DNA of 64,000 nucleotides from Candidatus Poribacteria bacterium (GTDB taxonomy: Bacteria; Poribacteria; WGA-4E; PCPOR2b). Of this stretch, positions 29,850 to 39,971 are shown piece after piece (the first letter of the stretch is position 1; every line of letters begins with the position of its first letter). The position numbers were made by a program, and so were the translations under genes. The DNA lies in NCBI GenBank assembly GCA_965208675.1, contig OZ242351.1, positions 2,016,001 to 2,080,000 on the forward strand, read 5' to 3'. A model generated the notes under the pieces. That model did no database searches and had not been told where the DNA came from. It saw nothing but the letters and a program-made list of their open reading frames with translations.

Positions 29850-30646
29850 GAGTGCTCCCCCTTTTTTTCATCAACGGGTTCAGGACGAAGTAAAGTCGTC
29901 ATTCGCTCTGTATGTTTGTATTCATCATACAGGGCTAGGTACTCACGAATCAATCGGTCAGAGAGATGGGTGATGAGCCGTATCTGTTCCTTTGGAAAGT
30001 CTTGATGATGGAGCGTTGCTACCTGAGTGAAATTACGCAAGTATCGCAACACGGCGCGTTCGGTATGGTTCGTCTTTCGCTCAATGTCAGTGAATTGATA
30101 GCCTTTAAAGTACAGTTCTAGGATTTGGGTTTTATGAGAAATGCCGGGGCCCATGTCGTGCTTGGCGCCGCGAGTCATTACAAAGAACCCTTGCTGTTTC
30201 AACTGTCGGATATCGCGTTTGACGGTCGCCGGGCTGGAGGTTAATAGCACGGCTAAATCTTCATAGCTGAGCAAAGCGTCTTGTTCATAGGCTTGTTTGG
30301 TTAACCGTAAGATTCGATGTCGTCTGAGTGCTGCAAGTCCATTGTTGGCTAACACCTCAAGGTCGGTGTGCACATCATTGAGGGTGAGTTGGCAGGAGAC
30401 CTTTTTGGCTAAGGCGATGTGTTTACCTGCGGGTTCGTCGGCGGCTACGGCTTCATAGCAGATTTGGCCTGATGTGAGTTTGATATCGGCGTGTTGGGCA
30501 AAGTAGGAAGAAATCTGATTATAGTAGGCTTCGGCAAGAATAGGCATCAGATTGAAGTCTGACGCAATCTTCTGAATAATTGCCGCTCTCGCCGTCTTTG
30601 ATTCCAGACGATTGATACCGTAGTTTGAATGACGTTGTGGTTTCAT
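29846..30646 (-). CDS. DUF1670 domain-containing protein (first copy)
   Basis: QAYEQDALLSYEDLAVLL, TRGAKHDMGPGISHK, HTERAVLRY; GGAGG RBS before ATG 30646 (ORF open from 30658). Confidence 0.8.
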   Translation of the reverse strand: MKPQRHSNYGINRLESKTARAAIIQKIASDFNLMPILAEAYYNQISSYFAQHADIKLTSGQICYEAVAADEPAGKHIALAKKVSCQLTLNDVHTDLEVLANNGLAALRRHRILRLTKQAYEQDALLSYEDLAVLLTSSPATVKRDIRQLKQQGFFVMTRGAKHDMGPGISHKTQILELYFKGYQFTDIERKTNHTERAVLRYLRNFTQVATLHHQDFPKEQIRLITHLSDRLIREYLALYDEYKHTERMTTLLRPEPVDEKKGEHS

Positions 30647-30819
30647 AATGACCTCCATGGATTCATGGTGATTGATGGAAATACCATCTGTTATCAGTTT
30701 AGCTCATGGGGTCATTTGATACAAACTATAAACGCGTTGGAAACGTATATGACGCTTTTAAAGTATATATTTTGTTGCACGATTGGGACTGTCCTTTCGT
30801 TTCAGAAATCGAAAAAATG

Positions 30820-30849
30820 TTGACATGTACCGCAGGAGGTTTATAAAAT
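30820..30849 (+). promoter_or_regulatory. Putative sigma70 promoter
   Basis: TTGACA (30820-30825) with TATAAA or TAAAAT 16-18 nt downstream. Confidence 0.4.
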
Positions 30850-30958
30850 AACGGCAGTTGCCGGTCTGGAATCCTCAATCTTAAATTTTATATGCAAACC
30901 GATTGTCCTTTCAGCAGGTCAGCATAGCAAGGTTGTTGTCGACAAAAAAGGATTTCGC

Positions 30959-31924
30959 ATGATATTAATCAGCACACAAAACGGTATTTACGGCTGGGAT
31001 GAATCCAGCCAAACTCTTAGCCGCTACGCCTTGGAAGGCAAGGACATCCGCCAAGTTGCCGCTACGCTCGACGGAACGTTATTTGCTTACAATGCCGAGG
31101 GAGCGATCTGGACTAGCAGCAACCGGGGAAAATCCTGGGATTGGATTGCGAACTCCCCTATAAACGAGGAGATTACCCTACTCTTCGTTCATCCGATTGA
31201 CGACGACATTTATTTTGGTACCGAACCGCCCAAGATCTACCGTTACAACTGTACCGATCAAGACTGGGAATTAGTAACAGATTTACGCACGCTCGAAACT
31301 TCTAAATCTTGGTACACCCCTTGGGGCGGTCCGCCCGCCGTGCGGAGCGCCGCGCCAGCTTACAGGGATGGACTCTACCTAAATATTCACGTTGGCGGTG
31401 TTTTGCGAACTCTGGACCGCGGTGCAACGTGGCAACCGACAAATAATGGGCTCGAATTAGACGTTCATGAAGTTGCTACGTGCCGTGAACGCGAGCATGC
31501 ACTATACACGGCGACTGCAGACGGCTTTTATCTGAGCGAGGATGGCGGCGCATCGTGGAAAGCACGTAATAATGGATTAGCAATCCGCTATTCACGCGGC
31601 ATAGCCATCCATCCAGACCAACCGGAGACCATCCTCATTAGCGGCTCGCCAACATCTCCGTGGGGTTGGCGCACCCATGGAAAACGGTTTTCCCTTTTCC
31701 GTACTACTGATGACGGCGCGCGATGGAAGCAAGTGTCCCACGGGTTTCCCGAAGAGTGCGCTTCGGAAATCGACACGCACGGCATCGCATTCTCCCGAGA
31801 AATTTCCGACCATGTTCTGTGCGGTGTACGCTCGGGCGAACTCTATGCCAGCAGCGACGCAGGTGAGTCTTGGTCCACTGTAGCTGCCAACCTGCCGTCC
31901 ATACGCAGTTTAGCCGCCCTTTAA
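30959..31924 (+). CDS. BNR/Asp-box beta-propeller protein (WD40/YVTN, glycosidase-like)
   Basis: Repeated S/T-x-D-x-G-x-(S/T)-W boxes (SSNRGKSW, TLDRGATW, SEDGGASW, TTDDGARW, SSDAGESW). Confidence 0.8.
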   Translation: MILISTQNGIYGWDESSQTLSRYALEGKDIRQVAATLDGTLFAYNAEGAIWTSSNRGKSWDWIANSPINEEITLLFVHPIDDDIYFGTEPPKIYRYNCTDQDWELVTDLRTLETSKSWYTPWGGPPAVRSAAPAYRDGLYLNIHVGGVLRTLDRGATWQPTNNGLELDVHEVATCREREHALYTATADGFYLSEDGGASWKARNNGLAIRYSRGIAIHPDQPETILISGSPTSPWGWRTHGKRFSLFRTTDDGARWKQVSHGFPEECASEIDTHGIAFSREISDHVLCGVRSGELYASSDAGESWSTVAANLPSIRSLAAL

Positions 31925-33084
31925 GAAAAAACCTCATTTCCATCGCGCAATTTCAATCCTACGGCGACCATTCGCCCGGCGCGTTCGGCTGCGTCGGCAA
32001 TTAGCGCTGCGGCGTTTTTGATTGCATCATCCAAAGGCATTGGTTCAGGTACAATGTCAATCACCGCATCAATGCCTGCACGGTAAATTCCATCAGCGTC
32101 AGTGGAAATGCTGCCGGCAATTGCAATGACGGGGATGTTGCGCTTCTTCGCAAGTGCTGCGACGCCAACCGGAGTCTTGCCAAAAACCGTTTGAAAGTTA
32201 ATCTGCCCTTCCCCGGTTATGACGAGATTAGCACCTTCGATAATTTGCTCAAGATTAGTTGCATCCATGACTATCTCAACACCGGATTTTAACTTACCAT
32301 TAAGGAAAGCGAGCAATCCTGCGCCTAAGCCGCCGGCTGCCCCGGCGCCGGGGATGTTCCCGACTGATTTTCCGAGGCCGCGCTGCAGAATCTTATCGAA
32401 ATGCGCTAGGTTTGTATCTAACAGTTCAATCATTTCATGGGTTGCGCCTTTCTGGTGCCCATAAACACGAGACGCACCCTGTACGCCCGTTAAAGGGTTG
32501 TTAACGTCACAAGCGACGATAGTTTCTGTTTCAGCGAGGCGTGGATCCAATCCAGAAATATCTATTGTTGCGAGATTGCCTAAACCGCCGCCTCCCCATT
32601 CTACCTGTTTTCCGCTAGCCGCCAGCAGTTTGGCGCCAAGCGCTTGAGCCATACCGGCACCACCATCGTTCGTGGCACTTCCGCCGATTCCGATAATCAG
32701 GTTGCGGCATCCCCGATTCAAAGCTGCTTGGATGAGTTGTCCCGTGCCGTACGTCGTTGTAACGAGGGGATTGCGTTTATCAGGCGGTACGAGTGTTAAA
32801 CCGGAGGCTGCCGCCATTTCGATGACGGCAGTAATTCCGTCGCCAAGGGCGCCGTAACCTGCGTCAATTTCTACTCCGAGCGGATTGAGCACCTGCTCAG
32901 TGATGATTTCACCTCCCGTTGCGTCAACGAGAGATTGTACTGTGCCTTCACCGCCATCCGCCATGGGTATTTTTTCAATCTCGACGTTAGGGAAGACGCG
33001 GCGCAGTCCAATTTCCATTGCGTCCGCGGCGCGCAGCGCAGTCATGCTCCCCTTGAATGAGTCGGGCGCGATGACGATTTTCAT
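31921..33084 (-). CDS. glxK: Glycerate kinase (GlxK/GarK family)
   Basis: MKIVIAPDSFKGS, PMADGGEGT, GIGGSATNDGG, GAAGGLG, VITGEG. Confidence 0.92.
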   Translation of the reverse strand: MKIVIAPDSFKGSMTALRAADAMEIGLRRVFPNVEIEKIPMADGGEGTVQSLVDATGGEIITEQVLNPLGVEIDAGYGALGDGITAVIEMAAASGLTLVPPDKRNPLVTTTYGTGQLIQAALNRGCRNLIIGIGGSATNDGGAGMAQALGAKLLAASGKQVEWGGGGLGNLATIDISGLDPRLAETETIVACDVNNPLTGVQGASRVYGHQKGATHEMIELLDTNLAHFDKILQRGLGKSVGNIPGAGAAGGLGAGLLAFLNGKLKSGVEIVMDATNLEQIIEGANLVITGEGQINFQTVFGKTPVGVAALAKKRNIPVIAIAGSISTDADGIYRAGIDAVIDIVPEPMPLDDAIKNAAALIADAAERAGRMVAVGLKLRDGNEVFS

Positions 33085-33105
33085 CGATTTTCTCCAATTG
33101 GCAGT

Positions 33106-33171
33106 GGGCGGGGAAAGATGCCACCCCCACAACGTGTGGTGCCACACGCGCGGCAAGATGCCGCGCCTACG
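33106..33171. repeat. REP-like family GCGGGGCAAGATGCCCCGCCTAC; other copies near 35194, 37549, 38857, 55444
   Basis: Recurrent imperfect palindrome GGGGCAAGATGCCCC followed by CTAC in intergenic regions. Confidence 0.65.
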
Positions 33172-33175
33172 AGGT

Positions 33176-35035
33176 TCATTTTAGTAAGACCATCCGCCGG
33201 GTTTGTTGGAATCCCTCTGTCTTTAATTGAACGAAATAGACACCGGTAGGTACGGGTACGCCAGCTTGATTGAAACCGTCCCAGTAAGCAGCGCGATTTT
33301 GTGTTCGATAGACTCCTTTCGGTTGATTAGCTAATTCTATCCGCTTGACAACGTTTCCGAGCATGTCATAGATTGTGATTGTGATTGAGGCTGCCTCGCC
33401 GAGTTGGTAGGGTATCCATGTTTCCGGATTGAATGGGTTCGGGTAATTTGGGAACAACGCCGTCTTTTCAGGGGCAACGCGCGTTAAGAGACGCTCTAAA
33501 AACGCAATTCCACGCTGAAAACCTGCCGATCCGCCGTGTGCTGCGTCCGCATCAACTAACCAATCGGCAACTGGAATTGGCTGCCGAATAGCCAGCAGAC
33601 TCGGCGCGGTTAATGCTTCTGCCTGAATACGCTTTGCCACTGCCACCAAATCGAAAGCATCCACCAACCGGTCACCATTCACGTCAGCGGGAATGCCTAA
33701 ACCTGCCGATCCAAGGGCGTTCCCGACGAGTACGAGGTCGGATGTGTCTACGACGCCATCCCGGTTCACATCCGCCGGTGTGCTTTTCGGCGCAGCCACG
33801 ACAAACGGAGGCGTTTCTTCGACTACATTTCTGAACAGATTAGCCGTTTTTACGCAGCGGAAACCGACGTATACATCGGTGTATGTTGGCCGGGCGGCAA
33901 CGCGGAGCGAAGTGCGCATGTGGCGCGTATGACCGTCGAAACTTCCACCGCGCAGCGATCGAGGCTTTTTAATGCGTGCGAAATCGTCATCAACGAAATT
34001 GAAAACTTCGCCAGCTAGCGGGTTATTCATTGGGCTAATGACGTAGAACAGCGCAATGAACTCGTCCATGCACCAATTCCAGACGTTTCCCGCCATGTCA
34101 TACAATCCATGGCCGTTCGGCGGGAAACTGCCCACCGGAGACGCTCCGTTCCACTGGTCTCGACCGCCTACACCCGTAAAATTCGCTTCGTCGTGTGTGA
34201 TGGTGTTCCCGTTTGGGTAGCGTTTGCCGACCATGCCCCCGCGGGCAGCTTTCTCCCACTCCGCTTCGGTTGGAAGCCGTTTTTTCACCCACTGCGCATA
34301 AGCGGCAGCAGCGTACCAACTGACCCACGCAGCAGGATAGTCAGCTTGCCCTATCGGGTAGTTGTTTCCGTCCCAATCCTTCAGGTAGTCTCGGTCATGA
34401 AATTTGGGTGGGATTAAATCTTTGCTCCACTCCGGATTAGCATGGACGAATTTTTTGAATTGCGCATTGGTTACATCGAAAGCATCCATGTAGAAATCGT
34501 CAACGTAGACCGTATGAACAGGACGCTCAGGCAGGGTGTCTTCATTGAACGGATCCCCCATCTCAAAATCGCCCGAGGGAATTAACCTCATCACGGCGCC
34601 ATCAATATCGGAAATAGTTTCTTTGGGTAGGCGGCGGCTATCGCTTACAATTAGACGGATTTTTAGCCTTGGGTTTTTCACCCCTTGAAGGTCAACTCCC
34701 ACGTCCCAGACGATTCGTTTGCGCTCGCCGGGGTGAATTCCTTCGCCAACGTCGCCGCTGAGGGTACGCGGGGTTATCGAATATGAATCGCCGCCATCTT
34801 CCGATGCAGTAAGTTTGATAGAGAGCGGTTCTTCATCAGGGTCACGGAGATCGAACGTGATGTCAACTAGGCGAGTTCCGAAGCGCTGTTGTGCGTGGAC
34901 ATTGCTAATTTCAGGCGGGTGACCATTGTCTTGAGCAATCGCCTTGGACGTTCCCATAAACAGGAGAAGCGTTAAAATGGTTAGAGCGGCAATTCTGCGA
35001 GTACGACCGAGGTGTACCCGATAGGTTAGCGGCAT
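33176..35035 (-). CDS. Secreted FGE/SUMF1-like domain protein with dockerin-like and FlgD-Ig/T9SS-CTD-like domains
   Basis: RLPTEAEWEKAARGG, GLYDMAGNVW, GFRC; DVNRDGVVD..DL repeats; LFPNYPNPFNPETWIPYQL. Confidence 0.85.
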   Translation of the reverse strand: MPLTYRVHLGRTRRIAALTILTLLLFMGTSKAIAQDNGHPPEISNVHAQQRFGTRLVDITFDLRDPDEEPLSIKLTASEDGGDSYSITPRTLSGDVGEGIHPGERKRIVWDVGVDLQGVKNPRLKIRLIVSDSRRLPKETISDIDGAVMRLIPSGDFEMGDPFNEDTLPERPVHTVYVDDFYMDAFDVTNAQFKKFVHANPEWSKDLIPPKFHDRDYLKDWDGNNYPIGQADYPAAWVSWYAAAAYAQWVKKRLPTEAEWEKAARGGMVGKRYPNGNTITHDEANFTGVGGRDQWNGASPVGSFPPNGHGLYDMAGNVWNWCMDEFIALFYVISPMNNPLAGEVFNFVDDDFARIKKPRSLRGGSFDGHTRHMRTSLRVAARPTYTDVYVGFRCVKTANLFRNVVEETPPFVVAAPKSTPADVNRDGVVDTSDLVLVGNALGSAGLGIPADVNGDRLVDAFDLVAVAKRIQAEALTAPSLLAIRQPIPVADWLVDADAAHGGSAGFQRGIAFLERLLTRVAPEKTALFPNYPNPFNPETWIPYQLGEAASITITIYDMLGNVVKRIELANQPKGVYRTQNRAAYWDGFNQAGVPVPTGVYFVQLKTEGFQQTRRMVLLK

Positions 35036-35377
35036 GTGTCGCTCCCGTCTGCTAATTAGGAAACAACATCGAAGCAATTAAAGGCTCTCTAATTGAAGTG
35101 GAATGGCGGCGGAGAGAGTTGCCATACCGATCTGCTAGTGGGTTATTGTAGGTTTCCGGCAAATAATGAAAATCTCCTCTAGATTTAAGCAATGCGCGGG
35201 GCAAGATGCCCGCGTATAGGACGTGGTGCCGCGCCTACGAAGGGTGGTGGCGTAGGCAGCGCACGATGCCCTGCCTGCAGGGCGTCGTAACGCTGATAAT
35301 ATCTCGAAAATACCTTAGCAAACGAACGTTCAGATGTCAAGAAAATTGCGTGTGAATTTCTCGCGGCAGCTATTGGG

Positions 35378-37303
35378 TTAAATGACCGAATACACGGCTG
35401 ATCGCAGGATGAGGCTGAGGATTGGCCAGAAACACCCCATTAGCGCTTCGCCCAGTACCAAACCCACAAAGAATGGAATTGCGCGGCGATAGGCTCTAAT
35501 GCCGCCGTGCTTAAGTATGAACCATTTGACAATCATGGCGATCATTAAGGGAAGCCATAGGGAGTCTGTTATGCCGGGGGCGATGCCAATAACATAACCT
35601 GCGGGGTGGAGCGGACACCAGACATACCGCGCGCGAAGGACCATTATACCGAGATTCAAAACGAACGTAAAACCGAAGACAATCATTGCCACCCAGTCTG
35701 TGGGTTTGGGATTGATTAACCATGAGTTGAGGAAATTGTAGGTATCCGCGCCCCCTGCGTGAATCTGCTCTGAACCGGCGGCGACCCCTTCCTTGTAAAT
35801 GGTATATGGATAGAGAATGAGACTTGATTCAATCCCAACGATGCAGGCAATAAGCAGGACAATGAGCATTGTTCGATTTCTAATGCCGGTCTGATCGGCT
35901 AGTTTGAAGGATTCGAGCTGATCGGCTAAAGGATGCGTTCGAAATGAGGCATAGCTCGCCCCACTGAGCCAGTTCATCAAGGAAAGCATCGTCAAATTTC
36001 CCGTCCTGAGACGCCGTGTGCCAAGCATTGAGACAAGCAAGTATTGCGGCGTGAGATAACCGATTGCATGCAGCGGCGGCCCCAATTCGGCTCGAATGCG
36101 CGCCAAGCCTATGACGATGGCTAGATATACGCCAATGAAAAGCACATAAGCCCAGATTGACATTCCGCCTTTAGTGCAGAAGATTAGCAACAGTACAAGA
36201 CAGACGCACAACGTGATCACTGCCCATCGATACGGGACGGGTTCATCTGCTTCTTCTACTTGATTTGGCCGGACGATTCGAGCCATGACACGAGCAAAAT
36301 GCTTTCTGCTATTCCAACACACGACGGCAAGTAATGCGAGCAGCGCACCTGCGCCTTGTTCGCCAAAGAAGGGGTAGCCGGGCAAAATTGCGACACCAGC
36401 CATGCCGCCGTACAGAAGTTGCGCCTTTTGGAGGAGATAGAAAAATGCGCAAGAGAAGGAGAGATCTAAGGGGAGGATAAATGCGAGACCGATTAAATAT
36501 GGGGTGAAATGGAGCGGCGTGTTGCCGATGGCGTTCCAAGGTTTTTGCGTAAAGAAAACCGCTAAGTTGTATTTCTTGACCGGAAAACTTGGCAGAACCG
36601 GAAAGAAGTATTCTAACCCGTTTATCAAGTCAATCGTTGCGGCAACCGAGAACCCAATCCACAGCAAGCGGTTTTTGAATATTGCTCCCGAACGCCCAGT
36701 AATTTCAAGGGGAATCTGGATAATCGGATACGCCAATTTTTCATGCGCCACCCATTGCCGCCGGATAATTATCGTCATGCACAGGAAAACTACCATCAAT
36801 AAGAATATGACGATCGACCACGATAAAATGGGCTTTATCCAATGCTGCAGGTAGCCGCCGGTAAAAAAATTGACCTCACCCTCAAAGAAATCTGTTACGG
36901 TTTTTGGATGGGAGATTACCAGCCAGTCAGGTAAATGGTGAAACAACAGGGCTTCCCAGTCGTTTTCAGGGGTTGCGAACCGGGCGGCATACGGCATCAA
37001 ACCCATTAAACGCGGGATAGAATCGTGTCCGGTAAACGCGCTCCCTACCGCCAGCATGGCATAGATAACGAGAAGGTCTTGTTGACTCAGTGCGGCTTTC
37101 GGGAAAGACCGCCGCACAGCCAAATTCAGCCAGGTTATCAGCAGAAGGGCAAACACGACATTGACCGACAACGCAACAATGGTAAGGTGTGCGGTATGCC
37201 AAATCATCTCGACATAGGCGAGCCAGTAACTATTGGCAGTAATTAAAATTGCGCCCACTACCACAGCGCGCTTGCTGATAATTGGAAAGGATTCACGCTT
37301 CAT
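35378..37303 (-). CDS. Polytopic membrane protein (DUF6785/DUF6784-type, putative peptide transporter)
   Basis: Many TM segments; RRQW..HEKLAYPI.QIP, WCPLHPAGY, PFFVGLVLGE. Confidence 0.7.
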   Translation of the reverse strand: MKRESFPIISKRAVVVGAILITANSYWLAYVEMIWHTAHLTIVALSVNVVFALLLITWLNLAVRRSFPKAALSQQDLLVIYAMLAVGSAFTGHDSIPRLMGLMPYAARFATPENDWEALLFHHLPDWLVISHPKTVTDFFEGEVNFFTGGYLQHWIKPILSWSIVIFLLMVVFLCMTIIIRRQWVAHEKLAYPIIQIPLEITGRSGAIFKNRLLWIGFSVAATIDLINGLEYFFPVLPSFPVKKYNLAVFFTQKPWNAIGNTPLHFTPYLIGLAFILPLDLSFSCAFFYLLQKAQLLYGGMAGVAILPGYPFFGEQGAGALLALLAVVCWNSRKHFARVMARIVRPNQVEEADEPVPYRWAVITLCVCLVLLLIFCTKGGMSIWAYVLFIGVYLAIVIGLARIRAELGPPLHAIGYLTPQYLLVSMLGTRRLRTGNLTMLSLMNWLSGASYASFRTHPLADQLESFKLADQTGIRNRTMLIVLLIACIVGIESSLILYPYTIYKEGVAAGSEQIHAGGADTYNFLNSWLINPKPTDWVAMIVFGFTFVLNLGIMVLRARYVWCPLHPAGYVIGIAPGITDSLWLPLMIAMIVKWFILKHGGIRAYRRAIPFFVGLVLGEALMGCFWPILSLILRSAVYSVI

Positions 37304-37707
37304 AGGGTTAAATTTATTGACGCTATACTCGAAGTGAAGATGTTGCCGACGCCGGAATGCGCTTTAGCCGCCAAGCAACTGGATTATAAATTCGAAAAAC
37401 AAACGGTGAGGTGCGGCGGGACGGAAAACTTGCTTGAAAAATGGGTGACAAAGCCATTCTTGGACGTTTGAGTTGCTAAAAGTTGAGGAACGTTAATCGC
37501 GCTCTCTACTCAGTCGCTTGATCCCCGACTACAGGACACGGCGGCGCACGCGGGGCAAGATGACCCGCCTAAAAGGCGTCGTGATGTATTAAAGAATATA
37601 CGCTCTCGATTACGAAACAACTTCGCGGATAAAGTTTCGGGTTGGGCAAATGACGGGGCGGGCGAGTGTAGATTTTGCGGCCTTCACCAAGCTAGGTGAT
37701 TTAGTGT

Positions 37708-38628
37708 TCACCGATTGCCAAAGCCCAGTAGTTTAACTTCCATTTGTAGGTTGACACCCTTCTCCTTCTTGACATGGGTTTGGATGCGGCGTGCTAGATT
37801 GAGTACATCCTGTGCGGTTGCGGCACCGGTATTGATGATGAAGTTTCCGTGAATTCTGGATACCTCCGCGCCTCCAATTCGATAACCCTTCAAGCCGCAT
37901 TCGTCGATTAGCTTGCCTGCGGAAGAACCGGGCGGGTTTACGAACATACATCCTGCGTTCTCTTCTACAAACGGCTGGCTTTCGATTTTCTGTTTGTAGA
38001 GTTTTTGCATGCGGGCAGTAATGGTTTCTGAATTGCCGGGAGTGAGGATTAGCGCGGCGCCCGTAGTGCAGAAGTAGGCTTGTAAGCGGCTCTGCCGGTA
38101 GCCAAATCGTGCCTCATCACGGCTGATGTCAATCAATTCGCCGTCATGCGACATCACTTGTATCTGTTCCACGAGGTCCGCGAAGCAACTTCCCCACGCG
38201 CCGGCGTTCATTATCAAAGCTCCGCCGACCGAACCGGGGATGCCAAGCGCGAATTCGGCACCGCTCAAACTGCGGCGTGCGGTAGTTTTGGACAGTTTGG
38301 GCAATGAAACACCCGCACCGGCGCGGAGGCGGCTCCCGTTAAACTCGATTTGGTCGAATTCACCGGTCAGTCGAATGACAATCCCATCATACCCAGCATC
38401 ATTGATTAACAGATTTGAACCGCGGCCGATGAATGCGACCGGAATTTGACAACGCTTACTCAAACCAGCAACGGCGGCAAGTTCTTGGACTGCGGCGACT
38501 TCAACGTAAGCAGATGCCCGCCCGCCAATTCCAAAGTAGGTGTGTTTGCTCATCGGCTCGCCGAAACGCAGCTTCGAAGCATTGGAGGGAGTTTGAAAAA
38601 TTGAGGCGAGTTCCGTTTTCCAATCCAT
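37708..38628 (-). CDS. murB: UDP-N-acetylmuramate dehydrogenase
   Basis: HTYFGIGG, IGRGSNLL, GIPGSVGGA.IMNAGA, FGYRQS, AGCMF.NP, HGNFIIN. Confidence 0.95.
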   Translation of the reverse strand: MDWKTELASIFQTPSNASKLRFGEPMSKHTYFGIGGRASAYVEVAAVQELAAVAGLSKRCQIPVAFIGRGSNLLINDAGYDGIVIRLTGEFDQIEFNGSRLRAGAGVSLPKLSKTTARRSLSGAEFALGIPGSVGGALIMNAGAWGSCFADLVEQIQVMSHDGELIDISRDEARFGYRQSRLQAYFCTTGAALILTPGNSETITARMQKLYKQKIESQPFVEENAGCMFVNPPGSSAGKLIDECGLKGYRIGGAEVSRIHGNFIINTGAATAQDVLNLARRIQTHVKKEKGVNLQMEVKLLGFGNR

Positions 38629-38960
38629 TTCCGCCTTTATGGAATTGAACTATGCCGTGCACCGTGCATTAAGATGCGGCAACGAATTTTAGTGTCCAGA
38701 GCCTTTTTGAAAAATAGGCGGCAAGCCCATTCTTGGGCGTTTGAGCCGCAATAATCTGTGGAATTTCTATCGCACGGGATTTACTAACGCCATCGAATTT
38801 CGCTCAGTTGATTCTTAGCGGTCGCTCGATCCGGCCAAATGCCATACTTCAGCATTGGGCGAGGCAAGATGCCCCGCCTACGGAGGGTGGTGGCGTAATT
38901 TATGGTATAGACCTATGCCGCTCATAGTGATGGTGGCAGCCAATCGTCCGTTACCATTTA

Positions 38961-39812
38961 TTACGCCTCATCAATATACTTCCGCATCATCTTGAGAGAT
39001 TGAGTAGCAGTTTTAACAGGTGTGACTGAGTCGAAAGGTATTGCGCTCACAAAACCGCCGTATCCAACTTTTTTTAGCGCGCGGAATATACTTTCAAAGT
39101 CGACTTCGCCATCGCCGGGAACGAGGTGCATATGTGCAGTCAACCCCTTGTAGTCTGGAAGTCCCACCATACTGACGTATCCCTTGGAGGCGTCGCTGAC
39201 GATGATTCGCTCTTGCTTGTAAGTGTCGGCGATGTGAACCCATTTCAAGATATCTGCGGCATATTCGATCATGTCGGCGGCATCGTCGCCCAAGATAAAT
39301 GTGTGCGGACCGCAATACATGTATCCGATATTGTCGTGCCCGATCTCCTTGAGAATATCCACCGCTGTATTATTGTCCTCAACGAAGTCGCCGGGATGCG
39401 CTTCGAACGCTGCGTGTACACCCGCTCGTTCCAACACCGGCGCCAATTCTTCTGCGGACACCTTGAACGCCTGAATACACTCATCTCGTTGGCCTGACGT
39501 GCCGCCACTCATCTCGCAGGTAATTACGCCGCAATCCAACATTCGTGCGACGTTAATCTGGCGCTCGACATTTTCTACGGCTTGACGGCGGGTTTCTTCA
39601 TTAAGTGAGGCAATCGGTCCTCCGCCGCCTATAGCGGCAGGCTTTATGCAATTTTGGTGCATTATACGCCCGTGTTCCTCGATTTCATCCTTCGGTGCGT
39701 GCGGGTTAATGCCGGTCTCTACGTACTCATATCCGATTTTGTGAATTTCTTCCATGCGTGCTTCAAACGAATACTTTGAGAATAGAAATCCTTCACCAAG
39801 ACAGGGTTTCAT
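38961..39812 (-). CDS. Sugar phosphate isomerase/epimerase (IolH/AP-endonuclease-2 TIM barrel)
   Basis: FEAHPGDFVE, PHTF, VHIADT, HLVPGDGEVDF. Confidence 0.85.
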   Translation of the reverse strand: MKPCLGEGFLFSKYSFEARMEEIHKIGYEYVETGINPHAPKDEIEEHGRIMHQNCIKPAAIGGGGPIASLNEETRRQAVENVERQINVARMLDCGVITCEMSGGTSGQRDECIQAFKVSAEELAPVLERAGVHAAFEAHPGDFVEDNNTAVDILKEIGHDNIGYMYCGPHTFILGDDAADMIEYAADILKWVHIADTYKQERIIVSDASKGYVSMVGLPDYKGLTAHMHLVPGDGEVDFESIFRALKKVGYGGFVSAIPFDSVTPVKTATQSLKMMRKYIDEA

Positions 39813-39971
39813 ATTGCGACCTTCCTTTTCTTGTGATGTAGATGCCGTCAAGTTGGCGAGTGGGCAATTATGCGCCGAAGAATTTCCTGCAAAAGCTGGC
39901 ATCTGCGGTAGTTGCGGCACGAACCGCGAACGACTTAACTTCGGATGCAACACTAGCGCGACGTTTCCCCT

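Larger units (their letters stand above)
28734..30722 (-). mobile_element. Putative ~1.99-kb IS-like element with 19-bp TIRs carrying two DUF1670 genes
   Basis: Left GTATCAAATGACCTGATGA (28734-28752) vs reverse complement of 30704-30722 GTATCAAATGACCCCATGA (17/19 identical); looks more AT-rich than flanks. Confidence 0.7.

Noticed and set aside
33850-33960. DGR variable region in the FGE-like C-terminus
   Set aside because: No reverse transcriptase or template repeat is seen in the window.
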